Source: Rhina ancylostomus
Lineage: Eukaryota
Direction of reading: 5' to 3'
DNA: 64,000 bases
Assembly: GCA_030265395.1 (NCBI GenBank)
Contig: JARFYF010000002.1
Location: forward strand, 61,606,850-61,670,849
Shown here: in pieces, positions 62,171 through 64,000 of the stretch
Numbering within the stretch: position 1 is the first letter of the stretch
Layout: every line of letters begins with the position of its first letter
The notes under the pieces: generated by a model
Databases searched by the model: none
What the model saw: the letters and a program-made list of their open reading frames with translations, nothing else
Told to the model about the DNA's origin: nothing
Made by a program: the position numbers and the translations under genes

Positions 62171-62620
62171 CACTAAACTGAACATCTGTGGAGACGTTTT
62201 TGGCTAGGGCAAAAGATTTTGCTTACAGTGTATTGATTTCAGAACAGAAAATTCATACTTCATTTAAAAATAAACTTTGTCTCCAAATTCACAATTAAGT
62301 TATATTTCAGCTTAATTGTCTCCCCAATGACATTATCTATTACTCCTTTTTATATCATATTATTAATAAGGCAACAAACATTTGTTTGAAATGAATACCA
62401 ATTTACAGTATTCATGGAATGCACTGTTGATTTCTCCCTTGTTTAAGTACTCGCATGGCAGGGGTGGAAAAAATTGGCACAGATTTTTATGATCAAAAGT
62501 GAGCTGTCTGTATTCAATGCTGAAGAAAAAACACACTTCCCTAATGCAGATCTTACTGTCTTAACTTGCTGGGAAGTTCTGGCTCCAACACTGGCAGGAA
62601 TGACCAGATCAAACATTGTT

Positions 62621-63020
62621 GATTCAGATTAGTTTATTGTCATATTCACCAGGGTGCAAAGAAACTCCTTACTCATGTGAAGCTCACAGAGTAAACAGTA
62701 CCCATAGTAATAATAAATATGAGTGCAGAGCAACGGAGTGGTCCAGAGGTTGTAGTGCAGGCTGAAGAAGCCCAAAACGTAATGCTACAGTGACAATAGG
62801 AATAAACAAGAGAGGTAGAATTACGAGAACAAGAACCTGGCAGCACCAGCGGGAAGGGGATGTGAACAGGGTGATTGGTTCAGAAGTCTGATAGCAGTGG
62901 GGAAGAAGTTGTTCTCGAGCCTGGGCTTTCAACCTCTTGTATTTTCTCCCAGAAGGTAGAATAGAGAAAAGAGAATGGGCAGGATGGCAGGCATCCTTGA
63001 TGATACTGTGTGGCTGAAGA
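62621..63020 (-). mobile_element. Rex1/Babar LINE 3' fragment
   Basis: Minus ORF contains HSIIKDACHPAHSLFSILPSGRKYKRLKA, followed in another frame by NFFPTAIRLLN: the Rex1 C-terminal signature. Confidence 0.85.
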
Positions 63021-63371
63021 ATGACTAGGACAGATAATTGTAAAAATACTGACTTTTCAGAAATGACCGTATCATTATAACATTTAAAAAGAACAACAGA
63101 CATGTAAACACACTTAAATGGGGTTTATTTAAATGTTTTTAAAACAATTAAATACTGACACAAATCTATAAATAGTTGCAGTTATAATCCTCTATTGATT
63201 TCCATAGAGGAGATCATCCTACGGCAGGTGTAACCTGTCCCAGGCTCTGCGAGTATATGTGGATATGTGAATGTGGAAGTGCCAGACTTGCTGCAGCTGC
63301 TCACCAGTGGCTGTTTTCCAATAGTGGGATTCTGTGGTCCAGTAGCAGAGCATAAAGTTCCAACAACCTGC

Positions 63372-64000
63372 ATCATAGAGTCTTGCAGCAGAGAAATAGG
63401 CCCTTCAAATATTGAATGGCTCCCTAGTACGATAAGATGGACCCTTGACCTCACAATCTACCCTGTTATGACCTTGTGCCTTATTATCTACCTGCACTGC
63501 ACTTTGTCTGTAGCTGTGACACTTTTACTCTGCATTCTGTAGTTTTACCCTGTATGANNNNNNNNNNNNNNNNNNNNNNNNNNNNNNNNNNNNNNNNNNN
63601 NNNNNNNNNNNNNNNNNNNNNNNNNNNNNNNNNNNNNNNNNNNNNNNNNNNNNNNNNTGTAGCTGTGACACTTTTACTCTGCATTCTGTAGTTTTACCCT
63701 GTATGATCACAGTGCACTGTGTAACGAATTGATCTACATGAACAGTATGCAAGACGGGTTTTTCTCTGTACCTCAGTATATGTGACGATAATAAACCAAT
63801 TCCAATTCAGCCCACCATATCCAATCTAGCTATCAATTACACATCTACACTTATCCCATTTATCAACACTTGGTCCATTGCCTTCTATTCCTTACATTCA
63901 AGACTTAAATGTTGTGGGATTAGTTGCTTTCATCACCCACTCATGCAGAACTTTCCAGATTCCAGGGACCCTCTGAGAGGAAAAAAAATCTTTGGATCCC
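63372..64000 (-). mobile_element. CR1 LINE 3' end split by the Rex1-type insertion
   Basis: catagagtcttgcagcagagaaataggcccttca (63374-63407) resumes as gcccacc...ttccagattccagggaccctctg (63810-64000). Confidence 0.7.
63408..63807 (+). mobile_element. Rex1/Babar-type 3'UTR nested in a CR1 tail
   Basis: ttgacctcacaatctacc...tgcactgcacttt...ctgtacctcagtatatgtgacgataataaaccaattccaatt; flanked by TTCA on both sides. Confidence 0.75.

Noticed and set aside
1-64000. Prokaryotic-type systems (CRISPR array, operons, defence islands)
   Set aside because: No regularly spaced repeat-spacer array and no dense ORFs; the sequence is vertebrate non-coding DNA.

Overview
Eukaryotic, AT-rich, repeat-dense draft-assembly DNA with many N gaps. 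The repeat inventory points to a cartilaginous fish, probably a batoid (ray/guitarfish/sawfish type); this is inferred from family resemblance, not from a search. The inventory comprises several CR1 LINE subfamilies, tRNA-headed HE1/V-SINE-like SINEs with CR1-type tails, SacSINE1-like DeuSINEs, Penelope-like elements, L1, L2, Rex1/Babar, RTE, a decayed Ty3/Gypsy pol and a Tigger-like MITE. No intact protein-coding gene, rRNA, tRNA gene or CRISPR array is visible. Nearly all ORF-track entries are chance ORFs, gap read-throughs or transposon fragments. The window reads like the inside of a large intron, probably of a + strand gene I cannot name. Two signals stand out. (1) A dispersed Penelope-like family carries minimal hammerhead-ribozyme motifs: one copy has an intact core at 4006-4043 (-), three copies are short fold-back elements, and one retains a GIY-YIG-proximal ORF remnant at 24.4-24.7 kb. 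(2) A 30-nt frame-preserving candidate microexon at 28676-28705 has five upstream (T)GCATG Rbfox motifs and an SRRM3/4-type TGC, and is phase-compatible with a candidate upstream exon ending at 23727. Repeat boundaries are read by eye and approximate.
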